A stretch of DNA of 63,338 nucleotides, the filler included, from Octopus bimaculoides (lineage: Eukaryota): assembly GCF_001194135.2 (NCBI RefSeq). It is 4 parts of 4 records of this genome, joined end to end, with 100 filler letters (N's around TTAATTAATTAA, not from the genome) between each part and the next. Parts side by side here need not be neighbours in the genome. Positions count along the whole stretch, not along the records: positions 50,356 to 63,338 come from NW_026439602.1; 3 more parts are not named here. The stretch is one strand, 5' to 3'. The translations under genes and the position numbers were made by a program. Numbering within the stretch: the first letter of the stretch is position 1; the number at the start of each line of letters is the position of its first letter. Positions 61,271-63,338 of this stretch are shown piece after piece. A model generated the notes under the pieces. That model ran no database searches and had not been told where the DNA came from. It saw only the letters and a program-made list of their open reading frames with translations.

Positions 61271-62040
61271 NNNNNNNNNNNNNNNNNNNNNNNNNNNNNN
61301 NNNNNNNNNNNNNNNNNNNNNNNNNNNNNNNNNNNNNNNNNNNNNNNNNNNNNNNNNNNNNNNNNNNNNNNNNNNNNNNNNNNNNNNNNNNNNNNNNNNN
61401 NNNNNNNNNNNNNNNNNNNNNNNNNNNNNNNNNNNNNNNNNNNNNNNNNNNNNNNNNNNNNNNNNNNNNNNNNNNNNNNNNNNNNNNNNNNNNNNNNNNN
61501 NNNNNNNNNNNNNNNNNNNNNNNNNNNNNNNNNNNNNNNNNNNNNNNNNNNNNNNNNNNNNNNNNNNNNNNNNNNNNNNNNNNNNNNNNNNNNNNNNNNN
61601 NNNNNNNNNNNNNNNNNNNNNNNNNNNNNNNNNNNNNNNNNNNNNNNNNNNNNNNNNNNNNNNNNNNNNNNNNNNNNNNNNNNNNNNNNNNNNNNNNNNN
61701 NNNNNNNNNNNNNNNNNNNNNNNNNNNNNNNNNNNNNNNNNNNNNNNNNNNNNNNNNNNNNNNNNNNNNNNNNNNNNNNNNNNNNNNNNNNNNNNNNNNN
61801 NNNNNNNNNNNNNNNNNNNNNNNNNNNNNNNNNNNNNNNNNNNNNNNNNNNNNNNNNNNNNNNNNNNNNNNNNNNNNNNNNNNNNNNNNNNNNNNNNNNN
61901 NNNNNNNNNNNNNNNNNNNNNNNNNNNNNNNNNNNNNNNNNNNNNNNNNNNNNNNNNNNNNNNNNNNNNNNNNNNNNNNNNNNNNNNNNNNNNNNNNNNN
62001 NNNNNNNNNNNNNNNNNNNNNNNNNNNNNNNNNNNNNNNN

Positions 62041-62849
62041 TATCACTGACCAACACCATCAAGCTCCCCATGCACAATTCCACCAAACACCACCAACATT
62101 ACCGCTACCGCCGCCGCCGCCGCATTAGCTGTCAACAACGTCACCGCCTGTTGCGAATCTACGGCAGACATTTTGTTCGTAACCGCCACTGCTATCTGTT
62201 CCATCACCACTACAATCAGTCAACGGCATATCTTCGTTTTCAACGCCATCATCACGCGATGTCTTTCTTTCGCCTTGTCTTTAACTTCGACGTGGCTTTT
62301 CATCTACTACTACTACTACGTTCTTCACCATCACCAGCGTCATTACTATCACCGCTACTACCTCTACCAATTCTACTACCAACTGTAAGAACAATAACAT
62401 CAACGTGACAATACCAATTTACTCCACCGCTGCGAAATCACCGGTAGAACCTATACCACCGCCGACACTGCCACCATAACGTTCATTCACTAGTCTCAGT
62501 GCCAATGCCACCGGCACCACCGCCAATAACATTGCTAGCATCACCACCACCAACACTGTAACCGCTACCGTCAACTCCGCCGCTAACTTTACCAACTGTG
62601 GCATTCCTGTGCCGCAAACATCACTAACAAGACCAAACACCAACGCTGCCAGTACCACCACCACCACCACAACAACAACAACAACTACTATGACTTCTAC
62701 TACTACTACTATTACTACTACTACGACAACGACGAGTATACTCAGATTTTTACTTCTACTCCTGCCGTAGCTGCTACTACTACCGCTACTACTAATCATA
62801 GTACTATCATTATTATTACTGCTCCTACTACTACTACTTATATTACAAC

Positions 62850-62914
<65 letters not shown>

Positions 62915-62950
62915 CAATCATCACAAGCACCAACAACAGCAACGACGTTA
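62041..62950. repeat. Cryptically simple trinucleotide block (ACC/ACT/GCC, then AGT)
   Basis: Direct reading. Confidence 0.85.
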
Positions 62951-63221
62951 TTCCAGTTATTCCAGATTTAAGTGTATCTAAAATTTTATTGGTCAACGTG
63001 TTCTTAAGATGATAAGTCTTTGATTTGAGGGGAGATTTCGCTGCTGTTTCAAGCAACGTCGGTGACGTCACGGAGCGAGTTACGCTGGCTATTGTTGATG
63101 TTTATATATATATACAGAGAGAGAGAGAGAGAGAGAGAGACATGTATATACATACATTATGGATACTTGGCGGGTTTTTTTCCCTCCTCCTTCCTTTTCT
63201 TTGGGATTTTCCTATGTCTCC

Positions 63222-63338
63222 TGTTTCCGAAGAGGAGCTTAGCTCGAAATGTAAAGCAACCACCCTTTCTTTCCTTCTCTGAGCGTCTTATTAATACTTT
63301 GCATGTACCACGTCCTTGCGTTGGTGTTTTTCCTGTTG
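63222..63338 (+). mobile_element. Penelope-type terminal-repeat remnant with hammerhead-like motif
   Basis: TGTTT CCGAAGA G GAGC TTA GCTC GAAA TG TA AAGCA; runs off the window end. Confidence 0.5.

Noticed and set aside
1220-62128. Long ORFs containing X runs
   Set aside because: They span assembly N gaps, which contain no stop codons.

Overview
AT-rich, repeat-saturated eukaryotic genomic DNA from a gappy draft assembly (many N gaps, isolated TTAATTAATTAA islands). The SINE/LINE/microsatellite repertoire suggests an octopus or other cephalopod; this is an inference from recalled repeat families, not a search. No operons, rRNA, true tRNA genes or CRISPR arrays are visible. Almost every ORF in the supplied track is an artefact of N-runs or microsatellites. 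Supportable content: (1) several mariner/Tc1 elements, including a full-length decayed mariner in a TA target and a stop-free Hsmar1-like transposase fragment nested in the YADD motif of an RTE LINE; (2) RTE LINE fragments and five R4/Dong-like restriction-endonuclease LINE 3' ends, all next to (TAA)n; (3) a ~1.9 kb non-autonomous Helitron-like element, a HINE-like element and a candidate solo LTR; (4) about 40 SINE-like copies from several modular families; (5) three unrelated long DNA hairpins; (6) three minimal hammerhead-ribozyme-like motifs of the Penelope type, one with a U3-A8 covariation; (7) a few candidate exons of unidentified host genes on both strands. I found no clearly new biological system. 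The best leads are the hammerhead variants, the fold-back mariner junctions, the TA-flanked hairpins, the Helitron cargo and the unidentified exons.
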